From contig JBGANF010000168.1 of NCBI GenBank assembly GCA_044222475.1, forward strand, positions 1-15,605: DNA of 15,605 bases. The letters are read 5' to 3'. Under the pieces are notes generated by a model. That model was not told where the DNA came from. It was given only the letters and a program-made list of their open reading frames with translations, and searched no databases. A program made the position numbers and the translations under genes. Positions 14,031 to 15,605 of the stretch are shown here, piece by piece. The first letter of the stretch is position 1. Every line of letters begins with the position of its first letter. The stretch comes from Polyangiaceae bacterium. GTDB lineage: Bacteria; Myxococcota_A; Polyangia; Polyangiales; Polyangiaceae.

Positions 14031-14621
14031 ATGCGACGCGAAATCACGGTGAAGCAGTGCTCGATCATCTACGCGGCGGTGGACGCCGTGGTCAACGCGT
14101 CGAACCCGGACGCCGTTCTCGGAGGAGGGGTCTCCCGCGCTCTCTTCGACGAATGCGGTGGCGACGTGCTCCAGCGGGAGATGCGGGAGAAGCTGGACGC
14201 CGACTTCGAAGGGAAGCTCGGTGCCGACGATTGCTTGGTGACGAGCGCGGGGACGTCGACGCGCCTCCGGTTCGTCCTCCACGTCGCTTCCGTCGACTAC
14301 CGCTCCATGCGCGTTTCGGAGGACGGGAGGATGCAGGCATCGAGCGCTGAGCGCGTGGCGTCCGGGGCCGAGGCGGCGATGCGCGCGGCGGCGGAGCTCG
14401 CGCACCAACACGGGCCGCTGTCGGTCGCTTTTCCATTGCTCGGATCGGGAAGCGGCCACCTTGCGCCGGCCGCGTCGCTGAAGGCGATAATCGACGGAAT
14501 GCGCCGTGTGTTCAGAGACGAACCCGATGCGCCGGTGACCCGCGTCGTGTTTGCGGTTCCGGAACCCGAAACCTACGAGCTAGCGAAGCGAAGGCTCGAC
14601 CAACTCCTCGTCCTTCGCTGA
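14031..14621 (+). CDS. macro domain protein (ADP-ribose binding/hydrolase fold)
   Basis: GGAGG RBS; an alternative coupled start exists at 13968. Motifs VDAVVNASN, GGGVSRAL, VLHV, SVAFPLLGSGSG. Confidence 0.88.
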   Translation: MRREITVKQCSIIYAAVDAVVNASNPDAVLGGGVSRALFDECGGDVLQREMREKLDADFEGKLGADDCLVTSAGTSTRLRFVLHVASVDYRSMRVSEDGRMQASSAERVASGAEAAMRAAAELAHQHGPLSVAFPLLGSGSGHLAPAASLKAIIDGMRRVFRDEPDAPVTRVVFAVPEPETYELAKRRLDQLLVLR

Positions 14622-14642
14622 ACACGTCGACTCGTACCGCGA

Positions 14643-14975
14643 CTACTTCCTCTTCGGCGGCGAGAGGTCCTTCACCAGCTTGCGAATCACGCCCGGCGGA
14701 AGCCCTCGCGTGAGCTCCAAGATCTTTGCTCGGTCACCGTCGCGCGGATCGTTGACGAGGTCCATCACGAGCACACCGAGTCCGTCGGCGAGCGCCTTCA
14801 GCGTCGCGACGGTCGGCATGACGAGGCCCTTCTCCAAGCTCGAGAGGTGTCCCTTCGAGCCGAGCGCGGACGTGTAGGCGAGCTTTTCCTGCGTCAGGCC
14901 GAGCTCTTCGCGGAGTGCCCGTATTCGCCGGCCGACGGCGAGGGCAAGGGCGTCGGGCTTCGTCCGGCGGGGCAT
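14643..14975 (-). CDS. XRE-family HTH transcriptional regulator
   Basis: VGRRIRALREELGLTQEKLA...HLSSLEKG..PTVATLKALADGLGV. Start placed at ATG 14975. Confidence 0.88.
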   Translation of the reverse strand: MPRRTKPDALALAVGRRIRALREELGLTQEKLAYTSALGSKGHLSSLEKGLVMPTVATLKALADGLGVLVMDLVNDPRDGDRAKILELTRGLPPGVIRKLVKDLSPPKRK

Positions 14976-15011
14976 GACCCGGCGACCGTAGAGGGCAAGG
15001 CGCGAGAGGTA

Positions 15012-15027
15012 GTTTGTCGTGACAAAC
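15012..15027. promoter_or_regulatory. palindrome GTTTGTC-GT-GACAAAC; operator candidate
   Basis: Perfect 7-bp inverted repeat in the 85-bp gap between divergent genes. Confidence 0.55.
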
Positions 15028-15060
15028 CAGGCATCGTTCGACAACATCAAGGAGAACACC

Positions 15061-15605
15061 ATGAGCACCAGAACCGCAGTCTTCTTCGCGCTGGTGACGA
15101 CAGCATCTGCTCTCACGCTGACTGCGTCGTACGCTGCACCGCCCGCGACGAAACCGACGACATCCTCGTCGGCGCCTCGCGCGTCGACGTCGATCACGCC
15201 GACGACGGCGGGTGACGCTGGTGCGATTCCGATCCCGGGGAGCATGGTCCGGGTCTCAGGCGCATCGTTCATGATGGGGACGACGGCCGGCGACGCCGAC
15301 GAGGGTCCCGCTCACTCCGTCTCGGTTGCGACCTTTGACATGGACACGACCGAGGTCACCGTCGCGGCATACAAGGCGTGCAGCGGCGCCGCAGTCTGCA
15401 GCGACGCCGATGAGGACAAGGACGGGGCGCAAGCCGGGTGCACATGGTCGAAGCGCCGAGGCGACCTCCCGATCACATGCGTCTCCTTCGCCCAGGCGGA
15501 GGCGTTCTGCAAGTGGGCCGGCAAACGGATGCCAACCGAGGAGGAGTGGGAGCTCGCGGCTCGCGGTACCGACGGGCGAATCTATCCGTGGGGAAGCAAC
15601 GCACC
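15061..15605 (+). CDS. secreted FGE-sulfatase (SUMF1/EgtB/PvdO) domain protein, 3' partial; absent from the ORF track
   Basis: AAGGAG RBS. Signal peptide MSTRTAVFFALVTTASALTLTASYA, Ser/Thr/Pro linker, then FMMG, EGPAHSV, DTTEVT, RMPTEEEWELAARG and YPWG. Confidence 0.88.
   Translation, partial: MSTRTAVFFALVTTASALTLTASYAAPPATKPTTSSSAPRASTSITPTTAGDAGAIPIPGSMVRVSGASFMMGTTAGDADEGPAHSVSVATFDMDTTEVTVAAYKACSGAAVCSDADEDKDGAQAGCTWSKRRGDLPITCVSFAQAEAFCKWAGKRMPTEEEWELAARGTDGRIYPWGSNA

Larger units (their letters stand above)
7311..14621. mobile_element. second, serine-recombinase-associated element; right boundary not identified
   Basis: Abrupt junction at 7310/7311, LSR gene, and mobile-element-type cargo (DUF932, Rad52-like SSAP, PD-(D/E)XK nuclease). 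Confidence 0.55.

Noticed and set aside
68..14459. Many long alternative-frame ORFs (e.g. 68-910 -, 6037-7026 -, 7051-8253 -, 7095-8054 +, 10165-11097 -)
   Set aside because: Arg/Ala/Pro-rich shadow frames typical of high-GC DNA, overlapping genes with clear motifs.
14031..14621. Complete DarTG toxin-antitoxin pair
   Set aside because: No DarT-like ADP-ribosyltransferase is adjacent and there is no DarG C-terminal domain.
14940..15000. 10-bp direct repeat GAGGGCAAGG
   Set aside because: Short, only two copies, one inside coding sequence; compatible with chance.
14976..15272. N-terminal extension of the XRE ORF from 15272
   Set aside because: It is the antisense of the FGE-domain gene's signal peptide and linker.
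15061..15605. Diversity-generating retroelement target (FGE/CLec fold)
   Set aside because: No reverse transcriptase or template repeat is visible, and the C-terminus lies outside the window.

Overview
High-GC bacterial DNA; the gene content is suggestive of Myxococcota, but that is inference only. There are four parts. (1) 1-2262: ordinary host genes (DUF1801/YdhG-like protein, MBL-fold/FDP-like protein, ECF sigma factor with a zinc anti-sigma). (2) 2274-2318: the 3' half of a tRNA-Arg(CCG) gene on the minus strand, read as an att site. It is followed by a phage-satellite/PICI-like operon (~2319-7310) encoding small HTH proteins, a lambda gpNu1-like winged-HTH protein, a Prim-Pol primase, a P4/D5-type SF3 helicase with an inverted-repeat ori candidate in its 3' end, and a terminal HTH. 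(3) From a sharp junction at 7310/7311 that appears to truncate both flanking genes: a second element with a large serine recombinase, an upstream Cys-rich zinc-finger gene, and a + strand cluster of small unknown ORFs, DUF932, a Rad52/Sak annealase, a 4-Cys PD-(D/E)XK nuclease and a macrodomain protein. (4) An XRE regulator divergent from a secreted FGE-sulfatase-domain gene that runs off the window. All family calls come from motif recognition by eye; no searches were run.
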